Assembly (NCBI GenBank): GCA_028826165.1 | Contig: JAPDFW010000108.1 | Span: 139,777 to 203,776, forward strand | Direction of reading: 5' to 3' | Source of the DNA: Anaeramoeba ignava BMAN | Taxonomy: Eukaryota; Protista; Anaeramoebae | Length of the DNA stretch: 64,000 nucleotides | Shown: piece after piece, positions 27,411 to 39,422 of the stretch | Layout of the letters: the number at the start of each line of letters is the position of its first letter | How positions within the stretch are numbered: position 1 is the stretch's first letter | The notes under the pieces: model-generated | Database searches by the model: none | Told to the model about the DNA's origin: nothing | The model's input: only the letters and a program-made list of their open reading frames with translations | Position numbers and translations under genes: made by a program

Positions 27411-30400
27411 ATGGGACAAAAAGGATCCAAATCCAAATCATCAAATGAATTAAATGAATCAAAATCAAAATCAAAATCTAAATCAAAATCAAAATCAAAA
27501 TCAAAATCAAAATCAAAATCAAATTCAAAATCAAAATCAAATCAAATTCAAAATCAAATTCAAAATCAAAATCAAAATCAAATTCAAATTCAAAATCAAA
27601 ATCAATATCAAAATCAAAATCAAAATCCAAATCAAATTCAAAATCAAATTCAATATCAAAATCCAAATCAAAATCAAAATCAAAATCAAAATCAAAATCA
27701 AAATCAAAATCAAAATCAAAATCAAAATCAAAATCAATATCAAATTCAATATCAAAATCAATATCAAAATCAAAATCAAAATCAAAATCAAATTCAATAT
27801 CAAAATCATCAAATGAATCAGATAAACCAAATGAATTAAATGAATCAAATAAATCAAGTGAATCAAATAAATTAAATAAATTAAATGAATCAGATAAATC
27901 AAGTGAATCAAGTGAATCAAATAAATTAAATGAATTAAATGAATCAGATAAATCAAGTGAATCAAATAAATCAAATTCAATATCAAAATCAAAATCAAAT
28001 TCAATATCAAAATCAAAATCAAATTCAATATCAAAATCAAAATCAAATTCAATATCAAAATCATCAAATCAAAATCAAAATCAAAATCAAAATCAAATAA
28101 ATCAATATCAAAATCATCAAATGAATCAAATAAATCAAATGAATCAAATGAATCAAATACATCATATAAATCAAATGAATTAAGTGAATCATATGAATCA
28201 AATAAATTGAATGAATCAGATAAATTAAATAAATCATATGAATCAAATGAATTAAATAAATCAAATGAATTAAATGAATTGAATGAATCAAATGAATCAA
28301 ATAAATCAGATTTGGAAATAAAATCATCAGATCAAGTAGATAATGAATCAAATAAATCAGATTTGGAAATAAAATCATCAGATCAAGTAGATAGTGAATC
28401 AGATTCAGAATCAAAATCAAATAAATCAAATGAATTAAATAAACCAGAATCAAACAAATTAAATAAATCAAAATCGATTCCTGAAATAGAATCATCAGAT
28501 CAAATAGATAGTGAATCAGATTCGGAAATAAAATCATCAGATCAAGTAGATAGTGAATCGGATTCAGAATCAAAATCAAAATCAAAATCAAATTCAATAT
28601 CAAAATCAAAATCAAAATCAAATTCAAAATCAAAATCAAAGTCTAAATCAGAATCAAAATCGATTCCAGAAATAAAATCATCAGATCAAGTAGATAGTGA
28701 ATCAGATTCAGAATCAAAATCAAATAAATCAAATAAATCAAATGAATCAAATGAATTAAATGAATCTAAATCCAAATCAAAATCAAAATCAAAATCAAAA
28801 TCAAAATCAAAATCAAAATCAAAATCAAAATCAAAATCAAAATCAAAATCAAAATCAAAATCAAAATCAAAATCAAAATCAAAATCAAAATCAAAATCAA
28901 AATTAAAATCAAAATTAAAATCAAAATCAAAATCAAAATTAAAATCAAAATCAAAATCAAAATCTAAATCGATTCCAGAAATAAAATCATCAGATCAAGT
29001 AGATAGTGAACCAAAACCAAAACATAAACCAAAACCAAAACATAAACCAAAACATAAACCAAAACATAAACCAAAACATAAACCAAAACATAAACCAAAA
29101 CATAAACCAAAACATAAACCAAAACATAAACCAAAAACAAAACATAAACCAAAACCAAAACCAAAACATAAACCAAAACCAAAACATAAACCAAAACCAA
29201 AACCAAAACATAAACCAAAACCAAAACATAAACCAAAACCAAAACATAAACCAAAACCAAAACATAAATCAAAATCAAAATCAAAATCAAAATCAAAATC
29301 AAAACCAAAACAAAAATCAAAATCAAAATCAATATCAAAATCAATATCAATATCAAAATCAATATCAAAATCAACATCAAAATCAACAAAAACATCATCA
29401 TCATCATCATCTTCATCATCGTCGTCAAATTCACGTTCTCCTCCAAGAACAAAAAAAAACTTTCATAAAAAGCAAAATCACAATCCATATTCAATTTCAA
29501 ATCAAAATCAAAATAATTTACAATTTAGAGATTCAGATTCAGATTCAGATTCAGATTCACTTTTAGATTCTATGTGTCTTTCATTCCCTTCAGACAAAAA
29601 GAAAAAGAAAAAGAAAAAGAAAAAGAAATATCACAATCACAATTTAAATCAATATCACTATCAAAACCAAAATCAAATAAATAATTTAAATCAAAATCAA
29701 AATTTAATTCAAAATCAAAATAAATATAATCACTTTCAAATCCAAAAAACTGTTTTAACAAAAATTGGAAATTCAGAAACAAAAAAAAGACCAAATCAAA
29801 TCAAGAAAAAAGAGGATATAGAGATTAAGTAAGTAAAAATTTATTTATAATAATAAAACAAAAATATTAAACTTTGAAACGAATAAAAAAAAAATAAATA
29901 GCCCGAATATGTCAAAACAAGAATGTGAAAAAAGAGGAATATGTTTCCAATTAATTGAAAAAGGATATTGTGATAATTCATGCCAAAAAATACATCCACC
30001 TCAAATAACAATTTGCCCTAATCTTTACACAACAGGATGTGAAGACCCAAATTGCCCATTTCAACATCCAAATCCAATAGATAGAGAATTCTTGGAAAAT
30101 GATTTAAAATTAAATACTCAAAATGATTTAAGCAAATATTATATAAAATGTAGAACAAAACTTCAAAACAAAAATTGTGATGATTTTTTAAAAGAAGGAT
30201 ATTGTGGATATTTAAAATGCAAAAATCAACATAGAAATATTGGAAAAAAAAATCATTTGTTTGGATCAATTTCTATGAAAGATTTGACCAAAATTCCAAA
30301 AAAAGGAAAATTTAGAAAAGCACTAGATGAAGAAATTTGGTGGCAAAAAAAATTATTAGAAAATTATCCAAATTTGGTTTCAAAAATTTCAAAAATAGAA

Positions 30401-30721
30401 ATTATTGAAAATGAGTATTTGAGATATTATGAAAATTATCAAAGACAAAATGAAAAATTCTCACATTCCCACAAAAGATACCGTGGAGTTAAGAAGCAAT
30501 ACTTGAAATCAGTTTGTAATGAAGGTTTTTCTGCAGAAAAAATTGATAATCAAGGTTATTTTACAATGGATCCAAATCAAGCATTGAATTTATCAGATTG
30601 TAAGAAAATTTATGAAGTTGAAGTAATTATTTTGGATGATTCAATTCAGAATCAAAATGGGATGCAAGAGATTTCTGATCCAAATAGAATTATTCCTTTT
30701 GCTGTCATCTCATTTAATTGA
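27411..30721 (+). CDS. N-myristoylation-motif low-complexity protein with 3 CCCH zinc fingers and a degenerate PARP/ART-like domain
   Basis: Start MGQKGSKSKS at 27411; SK/QN/PKHK tracts with frameshifts at 27540-28200; intron 29829-29901 (GTAAGT..ATAG) joins ORF 28207-29828 in frame to 29909-30721. Confidence 0.7.
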
Positions 30722-30826
30722 ATTTTTTAATTATTTCATTTTTTTTAATTCAATCCAAAAAAAAAAATTTTTTTACTTTTTGGAACAAATTTTTTTTGAA
30801 TTTTTATTTTCTTCAATAAAAAAAAA

Positions 30827-32948
30827 TCAGCAACAATTATTATTATTTTTTTTGTTTTTTGATTGATTTTTCAAAACAAATCCATCTTTTGTTTTAATGT
30901 TTTCAAGTTTTGTTTCAATAATCTAAATTAAATATAAATTAAATTATAAAATTTTTTGATTGATTTTTTTTCTATTTTTTTAATAATAAAAAATATTTTT
31001 ACTTTTTCAGCAAATAATTCAAACATTTCTTTAACTCCAAATTGTGTTTTTGAAGATGTTTCTGCATATAAAATATCTCTTTCTGAAGCAAAAATACTTG
31101 CTTCATTAAAAGAAACTGATCTAAATTGATCAATTTTATTTCCAACTATAATTATTGGAATTTTCTTTCCTCCATGAATCTAAATTGATTAAATAAATTT
31201 TGAATTTATAAAAGAAAATAAAATTAAATCAATTTTTTTATTCTTTATCAAATCTTAATTTAATTTCTCCTTTTTTTACTCTAATTTCTTCTATCCAACT
31301 TGATAAATGATCAAAAGTATCTCGATTTTCAACATTATAAACTTTATAATTAATTTTAATTTTTTAATTTTATAAAAATCAATTTATTAATATTTTAATT
31401 TAAATCATCAATACCAAGAATAATTCCATTAGCTCCTCTATAATAACTATTAGTTAAAGTTCTAAATCCTATAAAATATTATTTTGATTTTGATTTTCAT
31501 TATTTATTTGATTTAAATTTTGGTTTTGATTTTGATTTTGATTTTAATTTAAATTATTTAATTGATTTTGATTTTGATTTTGATTTAAATTATTTAATTG
31601 ATTTTGATTTTGATAGTGATATTGATTTAAATTGTGATTTTGATTTTTATTTTTATTTTGATTTAAATTATTTAATTGATTTTGATTTTGATTTTGATTT
31701 AAATTATTTAATTGATTTTGATTTTGATAGTGATATTGATTTAAATTTTGATTTTGATTTAAATTATTTAATTGATTTTTATTTTGATTTTGATTTTGAT
31801 ATTGATTTTGATTTTGATTTTGATTTTTATTTTGATTTTTATTTTGATTTTGATTTTGATTTAAATTATTTAATTGATTTTGATTTTGATATTGATTTTA
31901 ATTTTGATTTTGATTTTGATTTTGATTTTAATTTTGATTTTAATTTTGATTTAAATTATTTAATTGATTTTAATTTTGATTTTGATTTTGATTTAGATTT
32001 TCATTTTGATTTTGATTTTAATTTTGATTTTGATATTGATTTTGATTTTGATTTTGATTTAAATGATTTAATTGATTTTGAATTTGATTTTGATTTTGAT
32101 TTTGATTTTGATTTTGATTTTGATTTTAATTTTATTTAATTGATTTTGATTTTGATTTTGATATTGATTTTGATTTTGATTTAAATTATTTAATTGATTT
32201 TGATTTTAATTTTGATTTTGATATTGATTTTGATTTTGATTTAAATTATTTAATTGATTTTGATTTTGATAGTGATATTGATTTAAATTGTGATTTTGAT
32301 TTTGATTTTGATTTTGATTTAAATTATTTAATTGATTTTGATTTTGATTTTGATTTAAATTGTGATTTTTATTTTGATTTAAATGATTTTTATTTTTATT
32401 TAGATTTTGATTTTGATTTTGATTTTGATTTTGATTTTGATTTTGATTTTGATTTAAATTATTTTAGATCATTTACTTTCTTGACCAACTGTATCCCACT
32501 ATTTTAATTAATAAATTTTTATTTTTTGGAATTAATTTTGATGTTTTTTTTTCTCTTGGTTAAATTTAGATTATTTACAATTGCAATTTTAACTGTTTTT
32601 CCATTTGAAAGTTTTTGAATTTTTTGAAAAAAATCAATTGCTTTTTTATTTTAATTTTAAAAAATTTTTATAAATTTTTTCCCTAATTTTAAATCCAAAT
32701 TAAAAGTAATATTAACAAACCAAGAGTTGGTGTAATATTTGAATCCCATTCTTCTCCAATAATTCTTAAAATTAAAGAAGTCTTTTTTTATTATTGAAAA
32801 TTAAAGAATTTTTTATTTAAATTATTTTCAATTTTGGATTATTTTTTTTTTTGCTTTTTTTTCTTCTTTTTTTTTTATTTACTTTCCCAACTGCAGAATC
32901 TCCAACAACTAATAATTTTAATAAATAATCATAATTTTCTGATTCCAT
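30827..32948 (-). CDS. Rab-family GTPase (Rab1/8/18-like, divergent), 8 exons, ends NNNNCC*
   Basis: Manually spliced: [67 protein letters not shown], CC prenylation motif. Missed by the ORF track. Confidence 0.92.
31480..32465. repeat. (GATTTT)n microsatellite with recurring GATTTAAATTATTTAATT insert, filling Rab intron 4
   Basis: Direct inspection. Confidence 0.9.
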
Positions 32949-33082
32949 TTTTTTATATTTTATTTTATTATTTTATTTTTGATGAAGAAAAAAAAAAATG
33001 AAAAGTTTAAAAAAAACTTTTTAAAAAATATTTTTTTTCATTTTTTTTTTTCATTTCCATTTTTTTTAAAATAATAATTTAA

Positions 33083-35747
33083 ATGCAAAAAACTTTAAAT
33101 TCTTATAAAATTAAAAGGAAAAAAACAAATCAAAATCAAAATAAAAATCAAAATCAATTAAATAATCAAAATCAAAATCAAAATAAAAATCAATTAAATA
33201 AAAATATTCCACTTTTTAAATCAAGACCAGAAAAAAAAAGAAAACAACTTCAAATATCTTTTAATTCTAATTCAAATTCTAATTCAAATTCTAATTCTAA
33301 TTCTAATTCAAATTCAAATAATAAATTATCAATTCAAAATTTAAAAATTTAATTTAATTCTGAAAATTCTTATCCAAAAATTTAATTCAAAATGAAAAAC
33401 CAATTAATTATAATTTAGAAGAAAATAATAAATTATCAATTCAGGAAAAAAAATTTATTTCTTTTCTTTATTCAATTAAATTTGTTTTGAAAAATCAAAA
33501 ATGGAAAAATCTAAAAATCTTATCGATATGTTTGAAAATCGAAATCGATAAATCAAAAATTAAAAGAAAACAATTATTGCAATTCAAAATGAAAAACCAA
33601 TTAATTATAATTTAGAAGAATTATATAAAGTTAATTATATTTTTTTATATTTTTTTTTCAAAGAAAAATATTCATTTTAAAAAATTTATTAATTAAATTT
33701 AGGCAACAGAAATATTATGTATTTATAAAAAAGCAGATTATTTATATAATCAAATTTATCAATTATGTGAAAAACAAAAGGAAAAAGATTATATTGAATT
33801 GTTTAAATTATCAATAGATAAAATTCAATTTATTCAAGTTATAAATAATAAATGGAAAAATCATTGCGTTCAAATAAAAGCAATTTCAAATATTTTATTA
33901 TATTTGGATCGTGTTTATCTTTCCAAAAAAAATTCAGAAATCAAATCATTGTGGGATATGGGATTGTTTTTATTTTCTAAATTTATAATCCAAAAACAAG
34001 ATGTAAATCAAAAAATTATTTCAGGTCTTTTAATACTAATTAATAACCACAGAATTGGAGAAAATATAAATCTTGAATTAATCAAAGATACTTCGCAAAT
34101 GTTGTCAATATTGGGAAAATATCATGATTATTTTGAAAAACCCTTTTTAATTCAATCACAAATTTTCTATCAAGAAGAACAAAATCAATTATTTTCAAAT
34201 TTTGAAATTTCTCATTTTCTTCATCATGTTGAAAATAGACTTCAAGAAGAAAAAAACATGGCAATCAATCAACTAAATAAATCAACACTCCCAAGTTTGA
34301 TTAAAATTGTTGAAGATTCTTTGTTGAAAAACAATTTATTAAAAATTGTAAATCTTGGGTTTAGAAATCTTTGTGAAAAAGATAAATTTCAAGATCTTAA
34401 ACTTTTATATCAACTTTTTCAAAGAGTAAACGGTGATGATTTAGTTTTGCAAAATTTTGAGAGTTTCATTACTTATAAAGGTTTAAACATTTTGAACAAT
34501 CAATCAAATACTCAACAAGAAACTCAAATCATTGAAGATTTTATTCTTCTTAAAGAATATTGTGATCGATTAATTAAATTTTGCTTTTCTCAATCTCCAA
34601 TTTTCAATCAATCACTTGATCATACATTTGAAATGATTCTTAAATCAGATCACAATAAAATTGCAAGATTGCTTTCCAAATTTATCCATTTGCATTTTAC
34701 TCTTAAACAAAATCAAATATCAGAAGATCAACTGGAAAAAATTCTTGATAAAACAATTTTATTTCTTAAATACATTCAATCAAAAGATATCTTTGAAGCC
34801 TTTTATAAAAATGATTTGGCAAACAGATTGTTAATGAATACAATGAATTTTGATTCTTTAGAAAAACAATTTCTTCTCAAATTAAAAATGAATTTAGGAT
34901 CTTCTTTTTCAAAACAATTTGAAATCATGTTTCAAGATGTTGAACATTCAAAAGAATTGAATAACAAACTTAAAAATGAATTGAAAGAAAATCAAAAACC
35001 TAATTTTGATTTAAATGTAAAAGTTTTAACACAAGGATTTTTGGCCAACTTTCCCTTCAATTAATTTAAATTTACCAAAAAGAATTTATTGAAAATCAAA
35101 AAATATTCGAAAAGTTTTATATGTCTCATCATCATGGAAGAAAATTACTTTGGCAAAACTCACTTGGAAGATGTATTATTTGTGCAAATTTTATTCATGG
35201 AAAAAAAAATCTTGATGTTTCATTACTTCAAGCTATTGTTATTTTATGTTTCAATCAATCATCATCTTTAACATTTTTTCAAATTCAAAATTTAACTCAA
35301 ATTGAAATATCAATTTTGAAAAAAATTATTGGAACTTTAATAACAAAAAAATATCCTATTCTTAAATTGAATCAAAATTCAAATTCAAATCTAAATAATA
35401 ATTTTTCTGAAAATGATGTTTTTTCTTTTAATGAAAAATTTAATCATAAAAAATTTTTAATTAAAATTCCTCAAAATTTTTCAATTAAAAATGAAGAGAA
35501 AATTGAAAATGATAAGATTGAAAAAAAAGTTTGGGAAAATAGACAATATCAAATTGATTCATATATTGTTAGAATTATGAAAAGTCGCAAAACAATTAAT
35601 CATAATGAATTAATAAAAGAAATTCAAGAACAAATTAAATCTCCAATAGAAATTATTGATATTAATAAAAGAATTAATAGTTTAATTGAAAGAGAATATT
35701 TAGAAAGAGATCCAAATAATAAAAATATTTACAATTATTTGGCATAA
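33083..35747 (+). CDS. CUL4: Cullin-4-like scaffold (frameshifts near 33350-33550 and ~35040-35090; intron 33630-33702)
   Basis: LLYLDRVYL, SLWDMGLFLF, SKDIFEAFYKNDLANRLL, HHGRKLLWQNSLGRC, neddylation domain RQYQIDSYIVRIMKSRKT..LIEREYLERD..YNYLA. Confidence 0.88.
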
Positions 35748-35811
35748 AAAGAAAAAAAATAAATTTTAAATTTTGAATTTTAATTAAAATTATTTTGATT
35801 TAATTTGATTT

Positions 35812-38800
35812 CTATTTTTGTGAAAGAAAATCTTCTAATTCATCTGATAAACCAAGATTAAAATTTGAAATGTTTGTAATTGGATTATTATTTTTTGTTT
35901 TGTTTTGATTAATTTTTTTTGGTTTTTCATGATGTTGATGATGTTTATGATGTTTCTTTTTATGAATTTGTTTTTGAATTGGTTTTGATTCAATTTGATT
36001 TTGATTTTGATTTTTATTTGATTTAAAAAAATCAAACATACTATCTAAATTATCTTTTTCATTTGATACTTGATTTACTTTTGATTCAGCAGTAGAAATT
36101 AATTGATAATTTGAATTATCTTCTTCTTTTTTTTGATTTTCTTTAAAACTTTCATTTAATAAAAATTCAAAATCGAATGGATCTTTTAAATTTTGATTTT
36201 TTGAAACATTTTTTGAAACATTTTTTGAAACATTTTTTGAAGGGAAAATATCAATAGTATCAAAATTAAGAAGATTATCTGAAGGATTTATTTTTTTATG
36301 ATGTTTTTTATGATGTTTTTTTGGAATTTTTTGATTTGGATTTTGAATTGGATTTTGAATTGTATTTTGATTTTGATTTTGATTTTGATTTTGAATTGTG
36401 CTTTGAATGATGTTTTGAATTTGATTTTGAATTTGATTTTGAATTGGATTTGGATTTTGAATTGGATTTGGATTTGGATTTTGATTTGAATTTTGAATTG
36501 GATTTTGATTTTGATTTTGATTTTGAATTGGATTTTGAATTGGATTTTGAATTGGATTTTGAATTGTGTTTTCTTCTAAATTTGTTGTTTGATCCGAATT
36601 AGAAAAATCTTTAATCCTATTTTCTTCAACAATTTTTAACATTTTCTTTAATATTTTCATTATTGTATTATATTGTTGATAATTAATGCTTAATTCAACT
36701 GTTAAAGGAGAAATTAAAGGAATCAATTTTTTTGCAATTATTGAATGAGGAATATTTTTATGAGATGAAATACAATCACAAAGACCAGCAATACTTAGAA
36801 TAATTGCTGGAGTTTGTTCATGAGATAATTTTTTTAAAGAAGGAATTAATGTTTTTGTTATCATATCTTTATCAAATAATTTAAGTGTTTCTTTGATACA
36901 AATTAATGATTGAACTTTAACTGAAACTTCTGAATTTTTTGTTGCAATTTCACAAATTTTGGGAATTATTTTTTCTTTAAAAACTAAAAATTCAATTTTA
37001 TCAGCAAAAAGTGGTGTTTTTTTAAGTAAAAGTCCTTGTAATTGAAAATTTGTTGAATTGATTATTCTGTATATAAAAGGCATAATAACTAATTTAATAT
37101 CGAAATTTTAATTTTAATTTTAATTTTAAATTTAAATTTAAATTTAAATAAATTTTAATTTTAATTTTAAATAAATTTTAATTTTAATTTTAATTTTAAA
37201 ATGAATTTTAATTTTAATTAAATTTTTTTTTTTATAAATGAATTTTAATTTTACTTTTTTAAATTTTAATTTCAAAATGTTTTTAATTTTAAATTTTAAT
37301 TTAAATTTTTAAAAGTTTTATATTAATTTTAATTTTAATTTTATAAATAACTTTTTTTTGATTTACAATTTTTTGTGATTTTTCAAGTAAAAACATGTGC
37401 TTTAAAAATTAACTTTTTCTGAAAGTGTTTTTCAACAATCAAAAATCATTGGAATTCATTTTGGATTATCAACTTTGTAAAATCTTAAAGTTGAATTCTT
37501 AATTTGAAGGAAAAACATCATTGATTTTAAATTATCCCATAATTTTTCAAGAATTTTATGATTTTTAAATAATATTTTCAATTGTTTTTATTCTTGATTT
37601 ATAATCTTCAATATTTCCTTTTGAATTTATAAATGTTTTCCATTTTATTTTTGAAAATTTTTCAAGTAAAACATCAAAAAACATATAAAAATTAACTTTT
37701 CTGAAAAATTTTTCAACAAGAGATTCTAAATCAATAATAAATTGAAGTAATTCATTTTAATTTATAATTTTAATTTTAATTTTAATTTTATAAATTAATT
37801 TTGATTAAATTTTAATTTTGGATTTTTAATTTGGATTTTAATTTCATTTTGATTTTAAATTATTTTAATAATTTTAATTTTAATTTTTTTAAACATTTCA
37901 TTTTAATTTTAATTTTAATTTTTTTTATTTTTGATTTTAATTTTAATTTTAATTTTAATTTTGAATTTATAAATTTTCCATTTTCAAAATTTGAAAATAA
38001 TTCAAAGATTAAACATCCAAAATTATCAAAAACATATCAGGAAATTAAAATTAATATTTGAATCAAAAATGCAATTTCAATGATGTGATAGTAATAAATG
38101 AGGTTGTAAATTTAAATGGATTTTTGACTAATTTTAATTTTAATTTTAATTTTAATTTTAATTTTAATTTTATAAATTAATTTTGATTTTAATTTTAATT
38201 TTAATTTTAATTTTAATTTTGAATTTTAATTTTAATTTAAAACTTTTAACATTTGGCCAAATATTATTCAAATTATAAGTATAAGGAAGATTTGATTGCT
38301 TAAATTGATTATTAATTGAATACATAAAACCAGCAACTTTCCAATGATGTGATGGAGTAATAAATATACATTCAGGTAATAAATTTAAATGAATTAATGT
38401 TGGAACACTATGAATAAAAGTTAAAGCTTCTCCAATTTCTTTTAAACCATATTGAATCTTAATTATAATTTATAAATTAATTTTAATTTTAATTTTGAAT
38501 TTTAATTTTAATTTTAATTTTAATTTTAATTTTAATTTTAATTTTAATTTTAATTTTAATTTTAATTATAATTTTAATTTTAATTTTAATTTTAATTTTA
38601 ATTTTAATTTTAATTTTATAAATTAATTAATTTGAATTTGAATTTGAATTTGAATTTTAATTTTATAAATTAATTAATTTGAATTTGAATTTGAATTATA
38701 ATTTTAAATTTAAAAAAAGTAAAATACTTCAAGAGAATCAATTTGATATTCTTTTAAATCAGTAGGAACATTATCTAAATTGGAATAATTTCCTCTCAAA

Positions 38801-39111
38801 TTAGCTAAAGAAGCATAAACAGGTTCAGTTATAAAAGCGAATTCATTTTTACTTTCAATAGGTTGAGATTGAACTTGTAAAATTTGAGGATGTCTTAATT
38901 TTAATAAGTTTTTCACTTCATTTCTTAAATTTTCTATAAATTGTTGTTTATTTTGTTTTGTTGTTTGAATTGAATTTTTTTCAAAAAGAAAAACTGAAAC
39001 TTTTTCTAATGTTGCTTTTTTTATTGCTGGATATATTTTCCAACAAAATGATGGTCCTCCACTTGCTATTTGATTTTCTACATCATATTCTTTATTAATT
39101 TGATTTCCCAT
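35812..39111 (-). CDS. SCYL2: SCY1-like pseudokinase (SCYL2/CVAK104-like), multi-exon, HEAT repeats, disordered tail
   Basis: [40 protein letters not shown]; exon [23 protein letters not shown]; C-terminal HEAT ORF 35812-37083. Region 37350-38130 is noisy. Confidence 0.85.
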
Positions 39112-39422
39112 TTATTTATTTTTTGAAAAGAAAAAAAATGAAAAAAAAATTTTTAAAAAATTAAAATTAAAATTTAAATTAAAAATTAAAATTAAAATTA
39201 AAATTAAAATTAAAATTAAAATTAAAATTAAAATTAAAATTTAAAATTAAAATTAAAATTAAAATTTTATAAAAATAAAATTAAAATTAAAATTAAAATT
39301 AAAATTAAAATTAAAATTAAAATTAAAATTAAAAATTAAAATTAAAATTAAAATTAAAATTAAAATTAAAAATTTCATTTTTTTCTTTTCCAATTTTTAT
39401 TTAAATTTAAAATAATAAAAAA

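Noticed and set aside
27454-29566. ORFs of (IL)n, (KI)n, (FWFM)n, (DF)n and similar ones at 6403-6748, 20216-20809, 44767-44990, 59840-60362
   Set aside because: Alternate-frame translations of microsatellites
33350-33630. Duplicated ~40-bp piece of CUL4 coding sequence (33384 and 33581)
   Set aside because: Surrounded by scrambled low-complexity sequence; most likely an assembly artefact
37350-38130. Apparent duplicated or degenerate exons in the SCYL2-like gene
   Set aside because: Frames cannot be reconstructed; consistent with poor consensus quality rather than alternative exons
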